Shown: positions 29,895 to 40,681, numbered from the stretch's first letter. The stretch is 64,000 bases of DNA from Clostridiales bacterium (GCA_012838805.1 DUON01000020.1:16593-80592), one strand, 5' to 3'. Notes: generated by a model not told the origin, from the letters alone. A program made the numbers and translations.

Positions 29895-31658
29895 TTATTC
29901 GAGAATCGCCCTAATTCTTCTTATGCCGCTGGAGCTGGATTGTTCCTTTATTATCTTGAAGGTGCCAAGCTCCGAAGTGTTTTTTATATGCGGACCGCCG
30001 CAGATTTCCTTGGAATAGTCGCCGATAGAATATACCTTGACTTTGTCTTGGTATCTGTCGCCGAACACCCCCTCCGCGCCGGCGTCCATAGCCTCTTTCA
30101 AGCTCATCTCCTCTTGTGTGACATCCACTCCTTCTTTTATTATACCATTTATATAATCTTCCACCATATTTTTTTCTTGTTCGGTCAACGCTCTTGGAAA
30201 ATTAAAATCAAACCTCAATCTCTCCGCCGTGATATTGCTGCCCTTTTGATGAATATTTTGGTCATTAAGCACCTTTTTTAAGGCACAAAGCAAAAGATGC
30301 GTTGCGGTATGCAGCCTTGCGGTCCGTTCGGTATTCTCGGCAAGCCCGCCCTTGAATTTTTGCTCGGAGCCGATTTTTGACTTTCTTTGATGTTCCTCAA
30401 AAGCACGCTCAAAGCCCTCTATATCCACACTCACTCCATGGTCCTTGGCAAGCTCCAAGGTCATCTCTATGGGGAAGCCGAATGTGTCATAAAGCCTGAA
30501 TGCCGCCTTGCCGCTCATTCGGTTGTCTTTTATATATTTCAAAAGCTTTTCAAATTCCTTAAGCCCTTGTTCTATGGTCTTATTGAATCTCAGAATCTCC
30601 ATTCCAAGCTCTGATAATATCTTTTCTCTGTTTTGGGATATGTCCTCATATACCTCGCCGTATTCGTCAATAAAGGCTTGGCATATCTCCAACAAGACCT
30701 CGCTGTCAAGCTCAATGAGTCTTGCAAACCTTACCGCCCGTCTGATAAGTCTTCTTAAGACATAGCCTTGGTCGACATTGGACGGGGTGACTCCCTTAAT
30801 ATCTCCAAGCAAGAATACCGCTGTTCTCATATGGTCTAAGATTATTCTCTTTTGCTTCTCTCCCTCTTTCTCCTTAGCGTCAAGTATTTCTTTAGCTTTT
30901 TTGAAAACATCGATTTGGTATACCGTATCATATCCATTGAGCACCGCAACCGTCCTTTCCAAACCCATTCCCGTATCCACATTTTTTTGTTTTAAGGGTT
31001 TTAAGGAGCCGTCGGAGCTTTGGTCGTACTCCATAAAAACATTGTTCCAAATCTCCAAAAACCTTCCACAATCGCAGGCAGGCGAACACTCTTTGGAACA
31101 AGGCTCTTTGTCTGCGATAATAAAAATCTCCGTATCAGGTCCGCAAGGTCCGGCGTTGCCTGCCGGGCCCCACCAGTTGTGTTCTTTTGATAGAAAATAG
31201 ATATTTTCTTTTTTTATTCCCTTTTTAAGCCATGCGTTATAGCTTATCTCGTCTTTTGGCGCGTTCTCGTCACCCTCAAAGCAGGTTATCGCCAATTTTT
31301 CAACGGGAATTTCCAATACCTTTGTCAAAAATTCAAAGCTATAACTTATGGACTCTTCTTTGAAATAGTCCCCCAAAGACCAATTGCCCAGCATCTCAAA
31401 AAAGGTGCAGTGGCTTGAGTCTCCCACCTTGTCAATATCGCCCGTTCTCACGCATTTTTGGCAGTTAGTCAGCCTTTTCCCCAAGGGATGGCTTTCCCCA
31501 AGCAGATATGGCACAAGAGGGTGCATTCCCGCCGTGGTGAAAAGCACGGTGGGGTCGTTATCGGGGATCAAGGATGCGGAGGGAATCTCCTTGTGTCCTC
31601 TTTGCTTGAAAAAGTCTAAGTATTCTTTTCTTAGTTCTTTGCTGGACAGCTTTTTCAT
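29895..31658 (-). CDS. alaS: Alanine--tRNA ligase, short form lacking the C-Ala domain
   Basis: 587 aa. Core class II AlaRS motifs are present: FTTAGM, CQKCVRT, TFFEMLGNWSLGDYFK, GPCGPDTEIF, EIWNNVFMEY and DTGMGLER. The editing domain shows HTATHLL and CGGPH. The protein ends right after the editing domain (...GIRRIRAILE*). Confidence 0.85.
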   Translation of the reverse strand: MKKLSSKELRKEYLDFFKQRGHKEIPSASLIPDNDPTVLFTTAGMHPLVPYLLGESHPLGKRLTNCQKCVRTGDIDKVGDSSHCTFFEMLGNWSLGDYFKEESISYSFEFLTKVLEIPVEKLAITCFEGDENAPKDEISYNAWLKKGIKKENIYFLSKEHNWWGPAGNAGPCGPDTEIFIIADKEPCSKECSPACDCGRFLEIWNNVFMEYDQSSDGSLKPLKQKNVDTGMGLERTVAVLNGYDTVYQIDVFKKAKEILDAKEKEGEKQKRIILDHMRTAVFLLGDIKGVTPSNVDQGYVLRRLIRRAVRFARLIELDSEVLLEICQAFIDEYGEVYEDISQNREKILSELGMEILRFNKTIEQGLKEFEKLLKYIKDNRMSGKAAFRLYDTFGFPIEMTLELAKDHGVSVDIEGFERAFEEHQRKSKIGSEQKFKGGLAENTERTARLHTATHLLLCALKKVLNDQNIHQKGSNITAERLRFDFNFPRALTEQEKNMVEDYINGIIKEGVDVTQEEMSLKEAMDAGAEGVFGDRYQDKVKVYSIGDYSKEICGGPHIKNTSELGTFKIIKEQSSSSGIRRIRAILE

Positions 31659-32863
31659 CTATTAACCTCTTTGAGCATAGTTTTTATTATTTTCTCTCCT
31701 TTATCAAAAAATACCCCTTTTTTCACCTCTCTTTCTGTGTATATCAGCCCCGAATTATAGTCCTTTACACTTGAATAAATCAAAAAAGGCACGGGGTCGG
31801 AAGTATGCGTTCTCAACACAAGGGGCGTGGCGTGGTCGCACAGAACGGCGATAACAAAGCGGGCGTTCTCTTTCTTCAGACTTTCATAAATAAAGCCTAC
31901 CACTTCGTCCACCTTTTCTATCGCGCGTATTTTGTTCTTATAGTCGCCTTGATGCGAACATTCGTCGGGCGCTTCAATATGCAGATATACAAAGTCGCTG
32001 CCCTCTTTCAATGCCTTTATTGCAGCCTCAGCTTTACCAAGGAAATTGGTGTCCATATTGCCGGTTGCGCCCTCTACTTCATATACTTTCATACCCGCGC
32101 CTCTAGCGATGCCTTTTATCAGGTCGACAGCGCTTATGACCGCTCCTTTAAGCGAATACTTTTCCTCAAAGGGTGCAAGGTTGGGTTTTGTGCCCGCCCC
32201 CCAAAACCAAATAGCGGTGGCGGGATTTTTGCCGTTTTCCTTTCTCTTTTTGTTCACAGGGTGGTCTTTTAAGATTTGTATGGATTTTTGTATCAGCTCC
32301 CTAAATATCTCGGCGTCCTTGCCCTTGGGAAGATACTCTCCCACTTTTTTTCCGATAATATCGTGAGGGGGCGTGAACTGCGTCTCAAGTGTGCCCTCTT
32401 TGTCGATAAGGCAATGGCGATAGCTGGTTCCCGTATAAAAAGAAAACCTTTGGTTCCCAAGCTCTTTTTCTAAATCCTTTATCAAGATGTCGGCTTCTTG
32501 AGTGGTGATTTCTCCTGCGCTATAATCTATCATAACGCTGTCCTCAAGCTTATCGTCGGACAGCGTCACAAGGTTTACCCTCATGGCGATATCCTTTTCG
32601 TCCATATCTATTCCGATTGACAACGCCTCCAAAGGGGACCTGCCCGAATAGTAGGCTTTGGGGTCATACCCCATAACAGAGAGGTTCGCCACATCGCTTG
32701 CGGGCTGCATGCCGTCGGGAATAGTCTGAACCAATCCCGTCATTCCCTTTTTCGCCAGCATATCCATATAGGGCTTTGAAGCCTTTTCAAGGGGGGTGGC
32801 GTTGCCCAAAGGTCCTCTGTGATAGTCCGCCATTCCGTCGCCCAATACTATTATATATTTCAT
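31655..32863 (-). CDS. apgM: Cofactor-independent phosphoglycerate mutase, archaeal-type (ApgM family)
   Basis: The start is set at the ATG at 32863 (MKYIIVLGDGMADY), with GAGGTG upstream. ~402 aa. It shows the metalloenzyme-superfamily motifs DGMAD and HIEAPDECSHQGD. Confidence 0.85.
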   Translation of the reverse strand: MKYIIVLGDGMADYHRGPLGNATPLEKASKPYMDMLAKKGMTGLVQTIPDGMQPASDVANLSVMGYDPKAYYSGRSPLEALSIGIDMDEKDIAMRVNLVTLSDDKLEDSVMIDYSAGEITTQEADILIKDLEKELGNQRFSFYTGTSYRHCLIDKEGTLETQFTPPHDIIGKKVGEYLPKGKDAEIFRELIQKSIQILKDHPVNKKRKENGKNPATAIWFWGAGTKPNLAPFEEKYSLKGAVISAVDLIKGIARGAGMKVYEVEGATGNMDTNFLGKAEAAIKALKEGSDFVYLHIEAPDECSHQGDYKNKIRAIEKVDEVVGFIYESLKKENARFVIAVLCDHATPLVLRTHTSDPVPFLIYSSVKDYNSGLIYTEREVKKGVFFDKGEKIIKTMLKEVNR

Positions 32864-33070
32864 TTGCACCTCTTTTTAATAATAACATAATATCAAAATA
32901 AGCCCTTTAAGGCAACTGATATATTGGTAAATATATAGGCTCTTGCACCTACCATTAGAAAAATGAAAGAGATTAAAAACTGTTTTGGGAAACTTTTTAG
33001 AGAATCTCGGCATTTAGTAAAGATTAATAACTCTAACGCAAAATAGCTTTATTGTTACGGATTTACTGAA

Positions 33071-33105
33071 AATAAAAAAGACCCCGCTTAAAAAAGCAAG
33101 GTCTT
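33071..33105 (-). terminator. Intrinsic terminator after hup
   Basis: On the minus-strand RNA, aagaccuugc-uuuuuuaa-gcggggucuu (10 bp including 2 G-U pairs) is followed by uuuuauuuu. The same stem on the plus strand would contain C-A mismatches. Confidence 0.6.
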
Positions 33106-33133
33106 CTTTTAAGGAAAACTAAAAAAAATGTTA

Positions 33134-33406
33134 CTATTGAATGCTTTCTTCCAGACCTTTGCCGGCTTTGAACTTAATTGTTTTCTTGGCTTCGATCCAG
33201 ATTTTCTCTTTTGTGGCGGGGTTGATGCCTTCTCTGGCGGCTCTTTCTTTTACCTTAAGGGAGCCAAATCCGGGAAGCTGAACGCCGTCGCCCGCTTGAA
33301 GCGCTTCGCCTACTGCCTCAACAAAAGCGTTCAACGCCTTTCCAGCATCAGTCAAAGTCATTCCTGTCTTTTCTGCCATAGCGGCGATAAGTTGTTTCTT
33401 GTTCAT
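33134..33406 (-). CDS. hup: HU family DNA-binding protein
   Basis: The start is set at the ATG at 33406 (MNKKQLIAAMAEKTG), with a GGAGG RBS. 90 aa. The motif GFGSLKVKERAAREGINPATKE is present. Confidence 0.9.
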   Translation of the reverse strand: MNKKQLIAAMAEKTGMTLTDAGKALNAFVEAVGEALQAGDGVQLPGFGSLKVKERAAREGINPATKEKIWIEAKKTIKFKAGKGLEESIQ

Positions 33407-33565
33407 ATAAAATTCCTCCAATTAGGCAAAAAGCCTTTTTTTTTATTTTACATCCACCATATAGTTTTGTCAATACCAATATAAAAAAATAGCCTTTTAT
33501 CCTTATTTTTTAAGGCTTCTCAGCTATTTTTTCAGCTATTTTTGACTTTTTTGTGGTCCGTGAGC

Positions 33566-34003
33566 TTAGTTTTCCACCATTTGTCTTCTTATAGGCGATG
33601 AAATTTCACTCAAAGCCTCGGCTGCGTCCCTTTCAAAATGCCTGGTTATTGCGATATCTCCTATGGCGCATATGCCCGCAAGCTGTCCGTTTTCCACAAT
33701 ACAAAGCCTTCTTATCTTGTGGTCTGACATAATCTTCAACGCATCTTGAATAGGTGTCTGGCTGTCAACGGAAATGCACTTTGCGGTCATGACCTCTTTG
33801 ATTGGTGCTTTTATGGACAATTTTTTGGCTATACCCTTTATTGCCAAATCCCTATCCGTCACCACTCCCACAAGCTTTCCCTCTTCTATAACCGGTAAAA
33901 AGCCGATATCATTTTCTTTCATAATCTGTGCCGCCTCAAAAATAGAATCCTCAGCGTCCACGCTTTTTATATCGCTTGTCATAAATTCCCTAATAGCTAT
34001 CAT
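33566..34003 (-). CDS. CBS domain pair protein
   Basis: 145 aa with two CBS repeats (MTSDIKSV...GFLPV, VMTAKCISV...RRLCIVENGQLAGI). Confidence 0.8.
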   Translation of the reverse strand: MIAIREFMTSDIKSVDAEDSIFEAAQIMKENDIGFLPVIEEGKLVGVVTDRDLAIKGIAKKLSIKAPIKEVMTAKCISVDSQTPIQDALKIMSDHKIRRLCIVENGQLAGICAIGDIAITRHFERDAAEALSEISSPIRRQMVEN

Positions 34004-34307
34004 CTTTTTTCCTCCTATCTCTATTATGCGAAAACACCTTAATTTTAATTCACAACACGAGAACCAACAAGCTTTTGTTAAGCTGAATGTTTAAGATATG
34101 TGTTATTCTATTTGATATTTTCTAAAAGCAAATTATTTGCTTTACAAAAGATAAAATCTTTTTGTTATTGCTGGGACAAGCTCTTAATAGCTTAAGTTCT
34201 TGATTTTTTTATATGACAAGATGCTAAAAAGCTTGTTTCAAGCTCACAAAATTTTTTTAAGATGTTTTTTTAATTGTAATTATATAGCCAAAAGGCAAAA
34301 GATTTTG

Positions 34308-35474
34308 TTAAAGCGCATCACAGTATAATTGTATATACAATTTTTGCAATGGAGAATATTCGATTATGGCATATTCAATTTCCCCGCTTTCGGGGTCAAC
34401 TTGTTTGTCCACTTGACCTATATCGCGGTAGCTCTCCACCCCTCTTGGGTCGCCGGAAAATTTTAGATAGATATCGTTGAAGAAAGAGCTGACTTTGTCT
34501 ATTACGCTGTCGTACTTTGCCCAAAAAGAGTATTCCGCATTAAGTTCTTCCATAGCCTCTTGGGGATAGAGGTCATATAGGCGATTATAGGTTTCTTTGT
34601 CCACTGTGTAATACGCCGCACTCATAAGTCTGGGCATGGTGCGCATATATCCCGCATATCGAATATAGATATCCGAGCTTGTTATGGTCAGATAATAAGA
34701 GAGCATATTCGCTTCGTTTTCATTCATCACGCCTTTTATATGTGCAAGTTCGTGCGCCATGGTGAGGACTTTGTTATTCGCAGGGATATGACGGTTGATA
34801 TTGGCTTCTCCCGTATACGCCACAGCTATGCCGGATATGCGCTGATAGCTCATAAATGTAGAGAAAAAGATATTTTTCACGGGGGGAGTAAAAGAGGACA
34901 GATATCCGTCAAAAGTCCCAAGCCTATTGTATTCCTCTTTTAGCTTTTGGTTAAGCCCGTTGAAGTCAAAGGGCTGTTTTACAAGACCGTTCTCGTCCCT
35001 TTTCACCATGTCGGACACATACCTAAAGTCCTCCAAATAATATAACATCATCTGTTCAAATTCTGCGCCGTCAAGCACTTCTCCGCTGTATTGAGGAATG
35101 GGCAAGGGCTCTCTATAATACGCCATGCCGGCGGTGGCGGTATAGACGCAAAATAAAGTCAAAACGACAATAAGCGTGTTCAAGACGCTTTTGAAAAAAT
35201 AAAAATCCCGTCTCTTGCTTATTAAGAATACCCATTTAAGAATTAATACGACCGCAGTCAATATCAAAGCCGTCAAAAGAACTTCATATAGAGAAAAGGG
35301 CAAGTGTTTAGTGATAGCGCTTACCACATAGGCATAAGCTCTTGATATCCCTCTTGAAAAGACATATTCGCTGACATATGGAATAAGCTTTAATAAGCTT
35401 AGAACCACCGCAGTCAAGGCAAGCGACCCGACGATAATAAGCTTTCTGATTATGGTTTTGGGAGTTCTTTTCAT
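34308..35474 (-). CDS. DUF3810 family membrane metalloprotease-like protein
   Basis: 388 aa with N-terminal TMs. MAHELAHIKGVMNENEANMLSYY is the family HExxH-type motif. Confidence 0.7.
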   Translation of the reverse strand: MKRTPKTIIRKLIIVGSLALTAVVLSLLKLIPYVSEYVFSRGISRAYAYVVSAITKHLPFSLYEVLLTALILTAVVLILKWVFLISKRRDFYFFKSVLNTLIVVLTLFCVYTATAGMAYYREPLPIPQYSGEVLDGAEFEQMMLYYLEDFRYVSDMVKRDENGLVKQPFDFNGLNQKLKEEYNRLGTFDGYLSSFTPPVKNIFFSTFMSYQRISGIAVAYTGEANINRHIPANNKVLTMAHELAHIKGVMNENEANMLSYYLTITSSDIYIRYAGYMRTMPRLMSAAYYTVDKETYNRLYDLYPQEAMEELNAEYSFWAKYDSVIDKVSSFFNDIYLKFSGDPRGVESYRDIGQVDKQVDPESGEIEYAIIEYSPLQKLYIQLYCDAL

Positions 35475-37210
35475 AATTCCTTTTTTATGTCCCGCATAAT
35501 GCTTTGAGCTTTTTGGTCGGATTCTTCAAGGGTTTTTGCACGACAGAGAACATATATCTTCAATTTGGGCTCAGTGCCGCTTGGTCTTATGCATACAAAC
35601 TGCCCGTCTTTTAAGCCATAATACAAGGCGTCCGTTTGAGGCAAGGCTATTTTTTCTGTATTTTGGGTCTGAATATACCTTTTTTGCCCTGTCTTATAGT
35701 CCGCAAAGAATATAACCTCGTCTGATCCCAAGCGGGTTATGGACTTTTGCCTTAAGCTTTTCATGACAAGAGCCATATCCCTCATTCCCTCTACTCCCTT
35801 ATATACAATACTGTCGTTGAGCTCATGATAATACCCGTATTTCTCAAACAGTTCCATAAGTCTGTCATAGAGGTTTTTTCCCTCTAACTGATAATAGCAA
35901 GCCATTTCCGCGGTAAGCATGCACGCCACCACAGCGTCTTTGTCTCGGGCGTGAGTTCCCCTCAAATAGCCATAGCTCTCCTCAAAGCCGAAAATATACT
36001 CATATTCCCCGCTCTTTTCCCATTCCTTTATTTTCTCGCCAATAAACTTAAAACCGGTCAGCACATCAAAGACCGTCGCCTGAAAGTCTTTCGCAACCGC
36101 GTCCACCATGGAGGTGGTGACTATCGTCTTGACCACCGCACCTTTGGGGGAGAGTTTGCCTTGGCTTTTTAGTCTTGTTAAAATATAGTCCAAGAGTAGA
36201 ATCCCGATTTGGTTGCCGTTTAAGAGCTTGAGCTTATTGGTTTTTTTGTCCCTAACCGCAAGCCCCATTCTGTCGCAGTCGGGATCTGTGCCTATGACCA
36301 CATCTGCTCCTATCTTGTCGCCAAGACTGATAGCGGCTCTTAGGGCATCCTCATTCTCGGGATTGGGAACCTCTACTGTGGAAAATTCGGTGTCGGGGTG
36401 AGCCTGCTCTTGGACTAAGGCGGCGTTTATGCCCATTCTTTCAAAGACCGTCATAACCGGCTTATAGCCCGAACCGTGTATGGGGGTGTACACTAATTTT
36501 AATTCCTTGCCCATTGCTTTTATGGCATCGGGGCTCAAGCTAAGCTTTAAGATTTGTTCATAATACTTTTCGTCGACGCTTTGACCGATAACGGTTATAA
36601 AATCGTTTATCTTTTGATTGTCCCAACCCTTGATATTGTCTTTATAGATATTTTCATAGGGTATAGAGAAATAGTCCTTTATCTCGTCTATATACTTGAC
36701 CACTTTTTGGGTGTTTTCAGGCGACATCTGCGCGCCGTCGTCGCCGTATACCTTATAGCCGTTGTATTCCTTGGGGTTGTGGCTGGCAGTAATCATAATC
36801 CCCGCCGCCGCCCTCAAATAGCGTATGGCAAAAGAACACATGGGCACGGGTCTGACATCCTCAAAAAGCCAGACCTTGATCTTGGCTTTGCTTAAAACCT
36901 GCGCTGCCGCAAAAGCGAATTGATAAGAAAAACGCCTTGTGTCATAAGAGATGACCACGCCTCTATCCATAAGCTCTGGACCTTTTTCGGTCAAGAGCTT
37001 GGCAAGCCCGTATGTGGCTTTTCTGACTGTGTACACATTCATTCGAAAAGTGCCCATTCCCACTTCGCCGCGCATGCCTGCCGTACCAAACGCCAAGGGC
37101 AGAGAGAACCTTTCCTTGATTTCCTTCAAATTGTCTTTTATTGCCAAAAGCTCGGCTCTTTCTTCTTGTGTGACATTTTTTAGCCAGTCTTCAAAGGTGT
37201 TTTGATACAT
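35471..37210 (-). CDS. pgcA: Phospho-sugar mutase (alpha-phosphoglucomutase, PgcA-like)
   Basis: 579 aa. The active-site loop is ITASHNPKEYNGYKVY, the Mg site is GTDPDCDRMG and the sugar-binding motif is GFEESYGY. Confidence 0.85.
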   Translation of the reverse strand: MYQNTFEDWLKNVTQEERAELLAIKDNLKEIKERFSLPLAFGTAGMRGEVGMGTFRMNVYTVRKATYGLAKLLTEKGPELMDRGVVISYDTRRFSYQFAFAAAQVLSKAKIKVWLFEDVRPVPMCSFAIRYLRAAAGIMITASHNPKEYNGYKVYGDDGAQMSPENTQKVVKYIDEIKDYFSIPYENIYKDNIKGWDNQKINDFITVIGQSVDEKYYEQILKLSLSPDAIKAMGKELKLVYTPIHGSGYKPVMTVFERMGINAALVQEQAHPDTEFSTVEVPNPENEDALRAAISLGDKIGADVVIGTDPDCDRMGLAVRDKKTNKLKLLNGNQIGILLLDYILTRLKSQGKLSPKGAVVKTIVTTSMVDAVAKDFQATVFDVLTGFKFIGEKIKEWEKSGEYEYIFGFEESYGYLRGTHARDKDAVVACMLTAEMACYYQLEGKNLYDRLMELFEKYGYYHELNDSIVYKGVEGMRDMALVMKSLRQKSITRLGSDEVIFFADYKTGQKRYIQTQNTEKIALPQTDALYYGLKDGQFVCIRPSGTEPKLKIYVLCRAKTLEESDQKAQSIMRDIKKEL

Positions 37211-37351
37211 ATATTTCTCCTTAACTAAATAGTATAGACTTATAAATAATTATAACACAATAAATAATTATGTAAATAAGGTATTGGATAAGAGTTCTTG
37301 TTATAAATAAGTTATAGCCTATCAATTTAAGGCTTTTGGTAAGAAAACCGC

Positions 37352-40300
37352 TTAAATAAGATTATTTTTACGGAGCTTGATATTTAGGTAAAGGCAAAAA
37401 GTGCTTAGTGCCAATATAAAAGCAATAGTAAATACACTGGCGATTTTGTCAGAAAACGACTTTTTGGCGGGGGAATCAATGGCAGAAGGGGGCTTTTGGT
37501 CATTAATAATAATCCTACCTACGATTGTTTCTTTATCGGTTTCTTCTTGGGACTCAGCATCTTCTTGGTTGTCGCTGTCTTTTTGGGGTTGGTTCTCCTC
37601 TTTTGGCAAAGCCAAATAGACGGGATAGTGCAAACAAAGGTTGTCCTCATATACTGTCTCCCAGCCGACAAAGACATACCCCTCTTTTTGGGGTGGGGAA
37701 AATGGGCTAATTTCTTGCCCGTTGTCGTCATAAAAGATATTGGCATACAACGGGGCGTATTCGGCGGTAATCGTCAAGTCGCAAGAAATGTTATCAAAAG
37801 CCTTATCAAAGCCCAAAAACTTATAGCCCTCTTCCATGATATCCCTATAATCTGGGTATTGGGCGGATTCGCCGTAGTTCACACTCTGACAGCAAATCGT
37901 TCGCTCAATCCCTAAAAACACCACAGAGAAACTCATTATTTGATATTTGGGATAAATGGTAATATCCCTGTCCATAAGAACTTCTTGATAGGGGTTTGTA
38001 CCTTCCTCATCCAAAAACCAACCCTCAAAGGTATGTCCTTCTTTTGCCATTGGCGAAACGGCGGGGGAGGTCTCGCCATAAGCTATCACAAATGTGCGCT
38101 CTTCGCCAAAAACGCTTAAGGTATAGTATTCTTTCGCCCACTTGGGATAAAGATGTATCTCATATTCCTCTGAAACCGCCTTGCCCCCAAAAGGCTTGGT
38201 AAGCTCCTCGTCGGCATACCAGCCGATAAAGATATGCCCGTCTTTTTGAGGAGAAGAGATATCCACTACATCGCCGTAGTTATAGACTTCAGAATAATTC
38301 AAATAGCTTATTATTATTTCTCTGATTTCGGTCAGTTTTTCTTCAAAAGTCATATTCCCCTGAACAAGATACGGTTGTTCTTTTGGAAAAAAAGCTCCTA
38401 ACTCATCCCGCCAGCCGTCAAAACAATAGCCTTGTGGCGGCTCAAAATCGGGGAGAGTAATTTCTTTAAGGTACTCTGCTTGAACTTGATAGACATCGCC
38501 AAAAACCAAAGTAAAAACCTTTTTTTGAAACTGGGGATAGAGCACTATATCATATGCGGGCATAAATTCAAAATCTTCTCCATGTCCCAAAAGCTCATAT
38601 CCGTATATCTCCATGGACGGCAAGTTAAGCTCTTGTTTATAGTGTCTTTCAAAAACTTCAAGTTCTCTGTCAATATAATCGGGATAAACAATTGTAATAG
38701 TATAGACATTAGGGGTGGCCAAGCCATATATTATGGTATCCGAAACTATCGCTTTATTGAAATCGAATGGCTCAGTAAAAAATTCGTCTTCAAACCATTC
38801 AAAGCTATATCCTATCTCTTCCACTTGGGCTTGCACCTTTTGACCGAACTCCACATTTTGCGTTTTTTGATAGGTTTGCTCTTCTATCACATAGCAAAAG
38901 ACAACCTCAAAAATCTTTAATGACTGTTTGCCGTATAAATGAAGCTCCTCTGTTATCGGAGTAGAGAAGATAAAGGGCGTGACTTCGTCTATATACCAGC
39001 CTGCAAAATCATACCCTTGGTCTGGTTGGGGCGGGTCAGGCGGAATGGCTGTTTCGCCGTATTTCACCGTTTGAAAAAAGGTGGTTTCTTTGAAGTGAAA
39101 ATAGACTTTCAAGTCTATTTTATCCACAACTCCGTATAGGTCTAGGTTTTGGGTTATGGGAGCGGTTATATCAAACTCCCCGCCCTCGGCATTTTTCCAA
39201 CCCAAAAGCTCGTCCCCGTCTTTTATGCCCGAAATTTCGGGAATGCTATCTAAGGTTGCGGAATAGGGGATATCTATTATTTGATAGACCATTTCGCCGT
39301 AAAGATAGAAATTTATGATATATGTATTTATTGAGTATCGGGCGATAATTTGTGTATCCGATTGTATATTTTCAAATTCGCCCTCCCAGCCCAGAAAAGC
39401 ATGTCCGTCTTTTTGGATATTGACGGGGGGAGTGGCCTCAAAGCCGCTTTTTACTTTTTGCACAAGCTCTCCCTCTCCGCTTCCGCCGTCCAAATTGAAT
39501 ATGACAGTGAACAAATCTTCTTCATAGATTGCATAAAGCGTAAGATTTTCATTGGGCACATAGTCCTTTGAGGTGTTGAAATTCTCTTTTTCTTTTTGCC
39601 AGCCAATAAAAGTATCCTCTTGTCTTTGATGCGGAGGAAAACTGCATATTGGGCAACCTTTCTCTACCTTTTGGGTAGTTATAACTTCGTTATCAATAAA
39701 AGTAATGGTATAAAAGTTTTCTATCTTTTGGGCATAGAGCTTGATATCTTGGGTTATGGGCGTGGGAAAAGAATACTCTTCATTAGAATCTTTTAATCGA
39801 AAAGGCGTAATGATATAATATTCACATTCTATCTCTATTTCTTCTGCCGTTTGCATATAAGCCACTGTTTGGCTTTCCCACAGCTCGTTGTTCAAATAAA
39901 ATTCTACCCTAAAAAGCTGTATTTCATAGCATGCATAAAGCTCGGTATCTTCTATTATTGGCGTGTCAAAGTCAAACTCTCCTTGATCGCCTTGCCAGTA
40001 TAGAAAGCTATATCCCTCTTTTTGCGGAGCGTCTTGGGGCGACGCCAAACTGTTTTCGGGAACTTGGATTGTTTTTATCAAATCTTCGCCATTATAAAAA
40101 GATATGTTATATAACCTTACATAGTGGGCATAAAGAGCAGTATCTTCTATAATCGGAGTATTAAAGTCAAAATATTCCTCTTGCCCTTGAAGCCTCCACC
40201 CCTGAAATATATACCCGTCCCGAAAGGGCTCAGTCGGCGGGGTTAGATAAGCGTTTTTGCTCACGCTTGCTTGGGAATAAATGGTCATATCATAGTCAAA

Positions 40301-40681
40301 AAAGACGGCATTAAATTCCGCTTGCTTGGGTCTGGTTGTGATATTTATAGGCATATTGAAATAAATCCATTCGCCTGAAGCCACATCTTGAAAAGGCTCT
40401 CCATCCCCTAATTGTATCTGAAAGCTTAGGGCGGGATTGAAAGTCAATATGATAATAGAATGTTCTGGCTGTAAAAGAACCGCCGTCTCTCCGTCAACGG
40501 GAATTGTTATCGGGTCGATATAGTAGTCCGTGCCAAGTTGATATTCTCCCAAAAAACCGTCCTCGAATTTTAGTATGCCCTCGACGGCAAGAGCGGGAGC
40601 GGGCGAAATCGAAAAAGTAAAAACAGACACAAAAAACACAAAAATAAAGAGGAGAAACCATTTTCTAAATAGAAATTCCAT
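37352..40681 (-). CDS. Large surface protein made of ~14 InlB B-repeat (Listeria-Bacteroides repeat) units with a C-terminal TM anchor
   Basis: 1109 aa with a signal peptide. The recurring unit is GYxFxGWxxxxxxFDFxTPIxxDxxLYAxY. An acidic spacer and a hydrophobic C-terminal helix (IASVFTIAFILALSTFCLYL) followed by basic residues end the protein. Confidence 0.8.
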   Translation of the reverse strand: MEFLFRKWFLLFIFVFFVSVFTFSISPAPALAVEGILKFEDGFLGEYQLGTDYYIDPITIPVDGETAVLLQPEHSIIILTFNPALSFQIQLGDGEPFQDVASGEWIYFNMPINITTRPKQAEFNAVFFDYDMTIYSQASVSKNAYLTPPTEPFRDGYIFQGWRLQGQEEYFDFNTPIIEDTALYAHYVRLYNISFYNGEDLIKTIQVPENSLASPQDAPQKEGYSFLYWQGDQGEFDFDTPIIEDTELYACYEIQLFRVEFYLNNELWESQTVAYMQTAEEIEIECEYYIITPFRLKDSNEEYSFPTPITQDIKLYAQKIENFYTITFIDNEVITTQKVEKGCPICSFPPHQRQEDTFIGWQKEKENFNTSKDYVPNENLTLYAIYEEDLFTVIFNLDGGSGEGELVQKVKSGFEATPPVNIQKDGHAFLGWEGEFENIQSDTQIIARYSINTYIINFYLYGEMVYQIIDIPYSATLDSIPEISGIKDGDELLGWKNAEGGEFDITAPITQNLDLYGVVDKIDLKVYFHFKETTFFQTVKYGETAIPPDPPQPDQGYDFAGWYIDEVTPFIFSTPITEELHLYGKQSLKIFEVVFCYVIEEQTYQKTQNVEFGQKVQAQVEEIGYSFEWFEDEFFTEPFDFNKAIVSDTIIYGLATPNVYTITIVYPDYIDRELEVFERHYKQELNLPSMEIYGYELLGHGEDFEFMPAYDIVLYPQFQKKVFTLVFGDVYQVQAEYLKEITLPDFEPPQGYCFDGWRDELGAFFPKEQPYLVQGNMTFEEKLTEIREIIISYLNYSEVYNYGDVVDISSPQKDGHIFIGWYADEELTKPFGGKAVSEEYEIHLYPKWAKEYYTLSVFGEERTFVIAYGETSPAVSPMAKEGHTFEGWFLDEEGTNPYQEVLMDRDITIYPKYQIMSFSVVFLGIERTICCQSVNYGESAQYPDYRDIMEEGYKFLGFDKAFDNISCDLTITAEYAPLYANIFYDDNGQEISPFSPPQKEGYVFVGWETVYEDNLCLHYPVYLALPKEENQPQKDSDNQEDAESQEETDKETIVGRIIINDQKPPSAIDSPAKKSFSDKIASVFTIAFILALSTFCLYLNIKLRKNNLI

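Noticed and set aside
32870-33070. Possible T-box leader upstream of apgM-alaS
   Set aside because: No T-box consensus (..GGUGGUACCGCG..), specifier hairpin or terminator/antiterminator pair is visible in the ~200-nt leader.
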